Below, in pieces: positions 13,390 through 24,889 of a stretch of DNA of 64,000 nucleotides (within the stretch, counting starts at the first letter, position 1; each line of letters begins with the position of its first letter). The notes under the pieces were generated by a model that worked only from the letters and a program-made list of their open reading frames with translations, made no database searches and had not been told where the DNA came from. The translations under genes and the position numbers were made by a program. Origin of the DNA: Dicyema japonicum (lineage: Eukaryota; Animalia; Dicyemida); assembly GCA_011109175.1 (NCBI GenBank), contig RDEW01000028.1, forward strand, positions 62,001 to 126,000. Reading direction: 5' to 3'.

Positions 13390-13659
13390 TTAGTAAAAAT
13401 GGGGTGACTCATCAGAAACTGGAGGTTCATAGAAAACTTGGCAGGATGAAGGCGGAGATTCAGATTTAACATGTGAATAATCAGGACTCTCTCGTTCATA
13501 TTCTTCATGTTCTCTTAGTATATACCCGGTTGTGTTATGTGGGGCCATAGGCTTACCGATTTTATAAGACCTTTTGATTCTTCGATCCATTCGTTGTTCA
13601 TCTGTAAGTTTTTTTTTCTTCCTAACCTTTTTCGGCTTACCCTTTTTCTTTCCTCTCAT
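13390..13659 (-). CDS. HEXIM: HEXIM-like P-TEFb inhibitor (possible further exon not resolved)
   Basis: Lys/Arg-rich N-terminus followed by KIGKPMAPHNTTGYILREHE, which matches the HEXIM signature GQPVAPYNTTQFLMDDHD. Confidence 0.75.
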   Translation of the reverse strand: MRGKKKGKPKKVRKKKKLTDEQRMDRRIKRSYKIGKPMAPHNTTGYILREHEEYERESPDYSHVKSESPPSSCQVFYEPPVSDESPHFY

Positions 13660-15953
13660 TCCTACTAAAATATTACATAAAATTTAAATTAGTTTATTTA
13701 TTATAATTCTAAATTAAATTATTTTAAATTTTAATTGGCATTTAATATAAATTAAACACAAAAACTAGACTTTGAACTCTTACAAATAAAAATCGAATTT
13801 CAGTAACGATTAAGCACTTGAGGTGAATAGCACAAACTCCCTGGGTCTCTTACATGATATTGGATCGATAATACCTAGGAAGAGAAGAGACAGTCGTGAA
13901 AATGGATGGCTGATAGAACGCATCTCCATACAAATTAGAGGAAAATTCCCTCTCAAACACGAAACCAGTTATCATAAAATAATAATTTTTATTTAAGATA
14001 TTAAAATGCATAATTAGGCTCTCAATAAAGTAATGCTATATTAGGCTAAACTGACTATCCATGTCTAGTGCAATTTCCTGGAAATTCAGTCTTTCTAAAT
14101 CATGGCTTTTGACCCCTCCACGTGTCCATTTCTCCATTGTGACGAAATTTATTGCATAATTCTTTATCCAATGGAAATCTTGGATAACATCGATTGACCG
14201 CACAACCCCCATTATTCATTCAGTTTAAAATCCTTTCTGAGAGACTGAGTTCTGAACTTTCATGTATTTCGTTTTCGTTCCAAAGGGGTTTCTAAGAGAT
14301 CAATCCTTACCAGTGAGACTCCTGAAAAGTGTTTTTTAGACCAACCATTGTTCAACGACTTATAATATTGAATTATTATTTTCCTGCTATTTTAAGGATA
14401 CATTTATATTACCACACATTAAACTTATTTTTAATGTTCGAAAGCTTTGACAGAGGACCCATTACGAGGACGTAACAGGAGATAACTTAAGTTCTCTCAA
14501 TCTTTAACTGGATTCTAACCTGTTTCAGAATTTGGATGTCTCCAGAATCCGCCACATATTCCCTGGTCATGTGAAGAGACAAGAGATTAATCGATCATGT
14601 AACTAAGAAGACATTCCGTGTGATAGAAATACGTTGCCACCTCAACCTCCCGACTAACTAACCACCTGGATAACTGTAAGTTTATAAGCATAAGAAATTA
14701 ATTATATCTCCTATAATAACTTGCGGAAACTGAGAACTGATTGAAAATTATCACACCACGAATGTTCTGGAAGTCGTTGTTCTAAGCTCCCTTACCTTTC
14801 TATGGCAAGTTATCTCCATTATCTCCACAAATGTCACCCAGTTTAATACTACTAAAATCGTCTCTCAGATCAGGACTTGAATGATTACCATTTATCAAAC
14901 TCTAACACCTTCCATGGTCGAGCTCAGAAGATCCCCTCAACATAAATTGTGGACAGATTTTCAAGAATCGTTCTAGTAACTCTCAATAAAGATATAAGAC
15001 CTTCCTTATATAGAATTAATATTAATTTGTCTGCTAGTTCATAAGTTTTGGAGTCCTTAAGTGGTCTCGTAGTACATTGTCCTCTATCACTTGAATATTA
15101 ATTCAAATATGGAGCACTCCTTGGAATAATTTGGGTCACTTTTTAATCACAAACGAATCCAGCACATTCAAAAAAGGGAGATGTAGGGGCTCGAAATAAA
15201 AATGTACGCTATTCGATTGACAAAAGTTCCAATCCTCGTTACGCGATCGTAAGGTTGAATGATTTGTTATACAATCCTTCAAATCATGTGTAATCACGTG
15301 AACATGAATGAGTGACCATTAGACATGCTACACTTTACAGTAATGGAATACGAATATGATCTATGCAAAAATGACCATGATATGAATTTATCTACTATAT
15401 GTGCCCACATTGTAAACATAAAAGAGATCATGGAGCATTAAACAGCTACAATATATCACGAATATGCGTGTAGACATAGTGAAGATAGAGATTCACATGC
15501 TTTATGAGATAATTGCAGTCTGTTATATTTAGGGACGTTCACATAACTCTGTGTACGTCGATAACTACTCAGAGTTTTCAGAAGAGCTTTAATTATACTA
15601 CGAACGAGTTTTATGAAACTACAAGTCAGTTCTTTATGAGTTTGAGGAATAATTGTATACGAAAATGCTTAGTGATTTTTAATAATCAGCTATTAATGAG
15701 ATCACAATTGTTGAAATTAGACGAGGGACTAACTTAAATAAAATGTCTATGGTAACAAATGTAAGTATAAACAGCATACTACTTGCATATTAAAGAGGAT
15801 TCTATTGCTTAGCATTTATCAACCAAACAAAACAACTTGTTAGGTTTCCATAGCAACGGATAGATCTAAACAAATCATTAGTAAAACAATATGTTGTAGT
15901 GCTATATTGATCGTCGAGGGAGTATATAATAGAGGGGTACTGCTGAAAGTGCG

Positions 15954-16417
15954 ATGAGGAAGGTGACACTCCAAAAAGGTTAAAAGTTGGCTTAGTTTAA
16001 GTGAATTCACTTAATTCGTTGGACCGGAATTACCTATTTGAGCTCCACCAAGCAGTCTACAGTGAAAATAAGGACAAGGTTGAGAGTTTACTGAAAAACG
16101 ACTTTTGTGACCCAAACTTTAAGGATGTCGAATGCGGTGGATTAGCCCCTCTCCATTGGGCTGCAATAAACGGAAATGTCGAAATTATGCGTCTTCTCCT
16201 ACAAAGCAATGCCGATATTAATATTTGCAACAACGAAAGACTGACTCCAATGCATTTTGCCGCGGAATACGGAAAGAAGACTTCCATAATGTTCCTCAAA
16301 AGTTTTGGCGCCAATATGAACTGCAAAAGTCGTTTTAGAGACACTCCATCGATTGTGAGTCGTAGATTTGGACAGAGCGAGAGTTTGGAACAGTTGTTCA
16401 AGTTTCTTTGTTTTTAA
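15954..16417 (+). CDS. Small ankyrin-repeat protein, join(15954..15978,16002..16417)
   Basis: Three ankyrin repeats (LHQAVY, GLAPLHWAAINGNVEIMRLLL, LTPMHFAAEYG). A 23-nt intron at 15979-16001 links an upstream ATG in frame. Confidence 0.88.
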
Positions 16418-16559
16418 CTTTAGATTGTAGTTTGGTAATATTTTCTGATATCGGGTTTATTTGTAGTAAAATAGTTATATAGTCACGTGGCTTCTCATAT
16501 GTAGTACCAGGGAAGTGCTTAATTAACAATCTTTACACTCCAATTATCTAATCGATGTA

Positions 16560-19250
16560 TCCAATTATGTTATGTTGTCCAATTAAGTCGTGTCCGACCA
16601 TTGAGATCTCATGAACAAGTTTCCTCCACTCTCCCCGATCCGTTGCAATTTGGAGTAGCCTTGATATAGGCAGCATAATGGTTCTTTCCAGTGAATCAGA
16701 GCGGACAATATGCCCAAAGCAATCTGTGTTTTACGATTCTTCCTTCTAGCGAAATGTCAGTCTATACTCGTTTGAGTACATCGATGTTTGTTATTTTGGA
16801 AGTCCAAGGGATTCTTAGTAACCTCCTCCAGCACCACAGCTCAAAATCATCAATTTTTCGTCTATCCGCCTTTTTCAATATCCATGATTCTGCGCCGTAT
16901 AGAAAAACCGGGAACACGATTGCATTAACTAGTCTGCATTTGGTTCTTAAGGAAATATCTTTGTTTTTCCAAATTCTATTCATTCTCTGGAAAGTGTCTC
17001 GTCCCATGGCAATTTGCCTCTTGATTTCCAAGCTTCCGTCACCATTCCGATTAATCAGACATCCCAGAAAGACAACATTATCGCAACTCTCTATTTTCTC
17101 ATTCCCAATTTTTAGTTTCATTATTTCATTATTAGCAGTAGTCATAATTTTGGTCTTCTTGATATTTAGCAATAAACCAAAAACGGTGCAATCTTCTCTG
17201 AATCTTAGAATCAACTCCCTGAGGCCATCCTCTGTTTCAGCCAGTCAGCTTGCATCGTCAGCATAGCGCAAATTATTGATGTTCCTGCCTCCAATTTTAA
17301 TCCCGTTATTTGATACATTATCCAATTTAGTCATGATTAATTCGGCATAAATATTGAATAGGAGATAATAAGCATCCTTGTCTTACTCCTTTACAATTTT
17401 GAACCAATCGGTATCTCCATACACTGTTCTAACAGTAGCTTCTTGATCCTTATAAAGAGATTTGATAAGCAATATCAGATGGGCATCGAATCCAAATTCT
17501 TTTAAAGCGGACCACAGCTTGTCATGTATAACGGAATCAAAAGCTTTCCGATAGTCAATGAAGCACATGTATACACTCTTTTGGGATTCATGGGCTTTCT
17601 CCATAATCCACCGGACATTTGCTATATGGTCACGTGTGCCTCGTCCCTTCCTGAATCCTGCTTGGACATCCGGTAGAATCATTTCGGCATTTGGCATTAG
17701 ACGATGTTGTATTATCTTTAGAAGTATTTTGCTGACGTGGGGAATTAAGGCTATTGTACGATAGTTTGAACAGTCCTTGCTATCCCCTTTTTTCGGTATT
17801 GGAATAAATATAGATCTTTTCCACTCACGTGGCCAAATACCAGTTTCCCAAATTTTTTGACATAGACTGGTGATAGCTGTCACCGGTATAGCCTTTAACA
17901 ATTCGCTTGAGATGTTGTCAATCCCCCGTGCCTTGTTCCCGTTTATTGCCGTGTAGCCCACATGCATTCCTCCTAAAGGATTTTATGCCCCTCAGCCAAC
18001 GTTGCTTCATCAACATATATGGGTGGGCACACAGTTTCTGAATATAGTCGTTCCGTATATTCTCTCCAACGATTTCGGATGTTCTGTTGGCTTAGCAATT
18101 CTACACCATCCTTGTCCTTGATTTTGCCCATCATTTTCGTAAAGGGGGTTCGTAATCTTTTTAGTTGTAAATACGCATTCCTAGTGTGACCTCTCTTATA
18201 GTCATCTTCCATTTTTTTGCAGTGTAACCTCCAGTAGTCTTCTTTATCCTTCCTGGCTGCCTTTTTGAATTCAGAGTTAAGTTTTCTTGTCTCGTCTATA
18301 TTCCCAGAGACTTTAGCAGCTTTACGAGCCTCAGCAATGTTTAGGGTGTTGGCAGAGAGCCACTCAGAGCACTTGGCCGGCGTTTTGTATTTGACATGTT
18401 TTATTGCAGCGTTCCTGATAACCAACTGCATATCATTCCATAATTCATCAGGCATCCTTCCGTTCAAATCCAGTAATCCAATATTGTGCTTAACTTCCAT
18501 TGCGTATTCTGGTGGTATGTTTGAGACATCGAATTTCTTTACTCGGGGGTATTCCAAGTGTTACTGAATTTCGTCCTAATTTTTGCAACAAGTACCTGAT
18601 GGTCTGTTCCACAGTCTGTCCCTGGATATGTTTTGACGGCTGTTATTGAGCTTTTCCAACGTTTGGCGCACAAAATATAATCAATCTGGTTCCTAGACAT
18701 TCCATTTGGCGACGTCCAAGTGTATAATCGTCGTTTGTGCTGTTTGAACCATGTGTTAGTTATCTGAAATCCATTTTCCTGACAGAATTGGACCAGTCGA
18801 TCCCAACATCATTTCTTTTCCCAAACCAAAACTTCCCACAATATCCATACACCCAACTTTTGAATTGAAATCCCCCATTATGTAGATTATATTTTTTTTG
18901 GACATTAGTTTTAAAATTCTGAGTAACCAAAAACGGCATATTTGCGAGGGTGACTGTATTATAAATTTTGATAATTAATCTAGTTTCCTTTCGTTTAAGC
19001 CTCTTACGTTCCATGTTGCTAAATTGTGAGATTCTGTGTGACGAAGACTCGAGATTTGATGTTTTGCAGTAACGTTGCATCCAATTAGATCGTAGAAGAG
19101 TTTGCTTATAAGATTTTCTTGGCATTTAAATACAGGGTAGGTTGCCAGGCTACTAAATCCTGGTTGATTAGAATTCACTTCATTGTACACTGATACTTCG
19201 GGGATTATAGGCTGGGAGTGAATATATATTTTCATAAGCTATAATTTGCC
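16560..19250 (-). mobile_element. BovB-like RTE non-LTR retrotransposon, near full length, degenerate
   Basis: Endonuclease ATWNVRGL and GDFNSKVG (central deletion); RT WPREWKRSIFIPIPKKGDSKDCSNYRTIALI, QAGFRKGRGTRDHI, FIDYRKAFD, YADD; FELWCWRRLLRIPW; 3' end ggtcggacacgactt. Confidence 0.92.
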
Positions 19251-19959
19251 TTTGGGTATACAGTTTGCTCTTCAATGAGGGTCATCTCTTGACAAAGTGA
19301 TAGTCTTATTTTTTATTAGTCGCTGAGAATATTAACATAATTTGACAAGATTTTGTAAAAAAATTCTGATACGACCAACTTAGCTTTAGCCTCACTAAAT
19401 GTCCATGGCATTTACTTTTACTCCTTCAATTCAACCAATTACGGAAGAGTGACTTAAATCATATAGGAATTTCAAGATTGCTTCACCAGAAAGCAAAAGA
19501 ACCCGTAAATGATCCTCGAATTAAGGAACATCAAATTAAACAGAATTTCCTCTCTAATTATTGAGTGAATCAGAAAACAAGAATTTCACCATTAATTCTG
19601 CCTTAAAGAAATAAAAATATATTTCAGGGAGATGGACTATGTATTAAGGACTTCAATTATATGAGTGAAAATTGGAAAACCATATAATTTTACAAACACA
19701 ATATAATCAGTTCATCAACTATGTGTTGTGGTCCTTTTAATAATGAGGACATCCAATTTGTGAATAATGTGAATACTCAATAAGAATATCCTGTTGGAAA
19801 TACTCGGAGGGGGGATTGTCTACAAATACCATCTATTTTCCACCACCTGTGAAATATAGTGTCGAAATAATGAATGGGGGAAAATGAAAATAAAAATTTA
19901 AAGTATTTTTAATATTTAATAATATGTTTTATTATCAATAATTATATCTAAGCAAATAC

Positions 19960-22900
19960 ATGTCAACTTATATTACTCGCCCATTCTCCTTCGATGGAAA
20001 TAATAAATTTATTATCCATGAGATACTCAATCTGATAGCAGTCATCAATGAAGCACATTATATACTGATAACCAATAGTGCAGTATTTATTTGCCCTTAT
20101 AATAGGTTAACTTTACTGCTAAAATACCTAATAAACATTGTATTCATGCTATATGGCATCCAACGAAAGCCGAAATAGTGTTATTTTTAACGGAAAATAT
20201 ATTTGAAGTTTATAAAGTCGATGATAACAAGACTTTTCCCATCGGAAGACAAGTTAAGTTAGAATCGACTGTTAGAGATTCCATTTGGATTCGAGACATG
20301 CTTATCATATTCTCAAAAGTTTTTAATCTGATATTATTAAGGATTACAAGATCTTGTTGTACAGATCTAACGATGACCTCAGCCTAGAAGTCGTCAACAG
20401 TATGGATTGCAAACCTGTCAAATTGATTGAAAGGGGTACTGAAAATACTCCCTTCGACTATTTATTTCTAATCGGGGCAGCGAATGGTATTGGTGGGTGA
20501 TATTGTAGGGACTGTGTACTCAATGAATGACATTGATGGCTTCCGGGAGTGCTACAATATTAATGACTCCATAATCGAACTGCTCGAATTTGGTGACAAA
20601 GTAATAACAATAACAAATTCATTTTTTATTTATTTCCATAAAATGATAAGCTCGGAGTTTATTGAAATTAATAAAGTTGAAAATTATTTATTTTAGTTTA
20701 AAATTGATGGAAGTGGCGCCAAATCTCATTTGTTTTTTGTTAAGAACAAATATTTGGGGGTTTCAGAGGAAAAGAATTTAATAAAGTAATTTCAGTGTTA
20801 ATATTGAATTTATGATTTAATCAATGAGGAGACCGATGTGATTGATTTACGTGAGGCTTGTGAACAGCCGGACCTCCATATTAAGGATTTAGCATATTCT
20901 CCTCATAAAGGTACATAAATTGGTTAATTAAGACATCCTTATTGTCTTGTCTAAAGAAAAATATGTATTCGTGTACAAAATGACAGATCTTCGATTTCAA
21001 ATGAAGAACGTGCAAGTAATTAACATTTCCGTGGATAAAATCAGGGTACCTGCCGTTTATTGATATTAGTGTGGGTTTAACTCCAACTTAATTTTGCTGG
21101 AGTCTCCCAATGACTGTATCATGCTGTCAGAACAGCCAATAATTTGTGACAGTGATAAAAATGTAATATGATGATTAACAGCAGTCAGCTGTCCTGCAAA
21201 TTAGTTCCAACAAATACTTAATAAGAAACGCTAACGATGAATTTCACCTGAATATCTCTTTCGATGCAGTCGGGGTGTCCTTAAATAATGTATTCGGTTA
21301 TAATATTTAGAATTTCATGATATTCTGGAGTGGAAGCAAAGTGATCACCATAAAAATAGAGAAAGGAGAGGCGGTCTTTCAGAGTTATCATTAATTGTTA
21401 AATTAGCCTCATTCGACTGTCCGAGCGTCAATCTCTGTACTATACATCAGAGTATCTACTATTTAGCTGATAACTCATTATTAATATTCAATGTAAAGGT
21501 TGCTGGGTTTAAGTATAAGAGGGTCAAAGTATTGGGGAGATTAAATTCACTCAAAATGAAGGAAGACCGGTCTACTTGAGTAAATTCAATAATTACTTGA
21601 TTGTCACAACTGAGTTTGGATATATCGAATTGTTTGATTGTAATTCTGGGTTACCTTTCGTCCTCATTACAGAATTCCCAACAAAGCAAAGGAAAAGACA
21701 AATGTCCTAGACTTTATGGACGATTTTGGGGGCTTTGTTGACGTCAAATGTAATTCCAATGCAAGTTGTATCTCATTTATCGCAAAAAATGTTCGTATTA
21801 TTGTTACTTTAGGCTAATGATGGAGTAATTCCAACATTATTTGTTGTTAACCTTAATAACAATTCACTCAGTAGGTTTCCCACGTGTTCTACAAGACACT
21901 GCTGGGATTTTATTGACGACCGATTTCTTATTTGCGACAATGTGGTGCAAAATATTTACCTAATAGGGGGATACAAGCCTGAAAATACTGATTTGCTCTA
22001 ATTCAGCCATTAAAGAGTTCGAGAGTCTGACGATTCCCACCAACTACAAGGTTATTTTGGGTTTCTCCAATTTGATGACTTCGTTTGCTTCACAGGTACC
22101 CTGATTGATTATTTTAGACTTCTTGTGTTACCGTAGAACATGTATGTTCCACTATCCTCGAATTAAATTTATCGAAAAACTCTCATTGGAATTCGCATTT
22201 CTTCTAGTTCACGGGAAGATTGAGGAAGTGTTCAAGTCTATCCGTCACACAAATGAGTAATATGGGGTCACTTTATAAAAGCAAAAAAATTTGGCTAAAA
22301 ATGGCCAAAATGTGCGTGAAAAGTGGAAAGATTAAGCTTTGCCTAGCCTGTCTGGCCAAGTTGGAGGACCCTCGATCTCTTCTGGCGTACAGGTCGGTGA
22401 GAAATCAAAGTGATCAGGTTGTCCTGTCGGTTCTGGCGGCGTGTGTGGGAGAAGATGTATTCCTTATTAAAATGATTATAGTACGAACAAATACTGCTGG
22501 AATCTAAGAATTACAGAATGTTAGTGAAAATCCACGAAGCCTCTGGAAGATGGGATAAAGTGACTAAGATCAGTCATTTGTAGGCAATTGAAGCTGCATC
22601 CAAGTATGACAAACTGAGATTGCCGGTGACTAAGTTCAACAAGGCAATGTTTGATGAGTTCTTCCTGAATTACAGTGATTGCTTTATCGAGTAAATTTCG
22701 TATTACATTGTAGTATCCTTGATAACAAAAATTTGTGGTTTATGCCGAGTGAGGATAGTTTGGTCCTTTTAAAGCAGATTATTGGGACCTCAAACAAGTT
22801 TATTGTATGATGTAATCAATAGATGTATGGTGAGGTCATTCGTCGAAGTCTTGATCCATTATAATAAAATAAAGGCTGCAATCTCTGTGTTGAATGATAT

Positions 22901-24396
22901 TGGAGATCATGAGAACGTGGTTCAACTTTTGTCCTCATGTGGGAGGGTTGATCAGGTTGAAGATGTCCGGTCATGCTTCAGGCATTGGAAGTGGCCTCAA
23001 AGTGCCCAAATCCAGTTTGCTATAGCTATATAGCCAAACACTATGAGAATGGGGGAGACTATTCGAAGGCGGTGGACTATTATACCCAATCTAAGTGCTA
23101 TTCTAAGGCAATCGGGCTTTTGAGGGTAAATGTGATCTTTTATAGGAGAACATGAATAAACTGAATGAAATGGCTCGTTTGGCGGATCAGGCGTCGTTCC
23201 CGGAAATGCGGAGGGTTGCTTTAGAAATTGAGAATATTAATGGGATGGAAGAGAAGGCCTTAAATCTTTTCCAGAATATCGGAGATCTGCCAAAATCCTT
23301 TGAGATTGCTGACAAGCTCGATCAATTGACTTCATTTCAAAGCTTTACCGATAATTTGCTAAATGATAGTGAAGACACTGAGTTGATGGGGCAGTTCGCC
23401 TTATATTTCCTCCATAAGGGACACGTGGACAAGGCTATAAATGGATTGATAAGTTCTGATCAGGTAAAGGAATACTTATTCATAGTTATGGACTGCTCTT
23501 GAGCTTTGCAATGAAAATAAAATTATCCCCACTGATAGATTAGTTGACGCGATTGTGGCCCAAACAACTGAGAAATCCATTTCTGAGGAGAATCGAGGTG
23601 AATTGGCTAAATTAGCCTCCACGTGCATGAACTCGGCCAAATATGAGCAGGCAGGACGAATTTACATGCTGATTGGAATGCCTCAGCAGGTGGGTTATTA
23701 TTTAAATCCCCAGGCTCTTAAATCATTAATTAGAGCTGGGAACACAGAAAAGGTGATCATGTTGGCGAATTTGTCACGTGATCCTCAGTTATATATTATG
23801 GCGGGAAATTATCTGCAGACACAAAATTGGAATCAGGAACCTGAGTTGTTGAAAAACATAATCAAGTTCTATTCGAAGGCCAAAGCGTTCAATTTGATGG
23901 GAACATTTTATGCGGCGTGTGCTCAGGTCGTGACGTTTATTTTACCTACCAGGTAGAGATTAATGAGTATAAGAACTATACCAAGGCTGTATCTTCCTGG
24001 AATGAAGCAATCTTGTTTTACAGTAAGGCAAAGTTGACCAAGAATATTGAGGATCTCAGAAACAGGATAAGAATAGCAGAAAAATTCATGCGGATTCTGA
24101 ATATGCCTGTATTAATGCGAGAAAATGAATGCTTGGAACTACTGGGGGAGTTGGACCTCGAAAAGGCAGTGAGAGCAGCCCATGTGCATTCGTGTCTTGT
24201 GGAAACGTACTATCAACAAAAAAACTGGGAATTGGCTTACAGAGAAGTTGATATATTGGAAAGTGAGGGTAAACTAAAAGATTGTGTGGATATCAAAATA
24301 GTAGATGACATTAAAAGACAAATGGGATTTGATGAATATGTTAATCAAGTCGACGATATTGAAGATTTATGTGACACTTTGAGTGCTAAATTTTGA
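19960..24396 (+). CDS. IFT140: Intraflagellar transport protein 140 (WD40 + TPR), many micro-introns
   Basis: IWLKMAKMCVKSGKIKLCLACLAKL and LANLSRDPQLYIMAGNYLQTQNWNQEPELLKNIIKFYSKAKAFNLMGTFYAACAQ/VEINEYKNYTKA match IFT140 TPR motifs. The N-terminal start is approximate. Confidence 0.92.
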
Positions 24397-24889
24397 TTCA
24401 TTAAATTTTGTTGTTTTAATTATACTTTGGGACTATTTGACTATAAGGGTTGGGCAATACAGTTTATCTAGAAAAATTAGATTAACCCTATATAAAGGAG
24501 AAGGTATATGTCGAGAATATTTATCTACAATACTAATCATACAACTCTCAATCTGCTGTTTTCGATTTCCCTAAATTTGGGTATCTCCAGAGAGGAAACT
24601 ATAGTCTTGGAGTAGTAATCTCTGTTGTCCATGAAAGTCTCCAATTATATTTTGTGTAAAAAAACTCTGAACAATAAGGCTGCATTGGGGACACCTCATA
24701 CAAGCTTCGCCTGATTTCTATGATATCCGTCAAGTCTCTTAAGAACTGTTTTCGACGTTCCTTACGTTCTATAGCTAAGAATAGGACTTGTACAACCAAG
24801 TTGTATAAACAATTCCAATTATCATTTAAGCAAAAATTTATTGAATTAACGGACCAAGTAAATAATTTTTTTAATTAATTCAAAACGAA

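Noticed and set aside
15542-15793. Protein-like frame peppered with TAA/TGA, suggesting stop-codon reassignment or C-to-T hypermutation
   Set aside because: All recognised genes here use TAA/TGA as normal stops, and no homology supports this frame.
24599-24799. Small minus-strand gene convergent with IFT140
   Set aside because: No consistent start or splice model and no recognisable domain; cannot be supported without RNA data.
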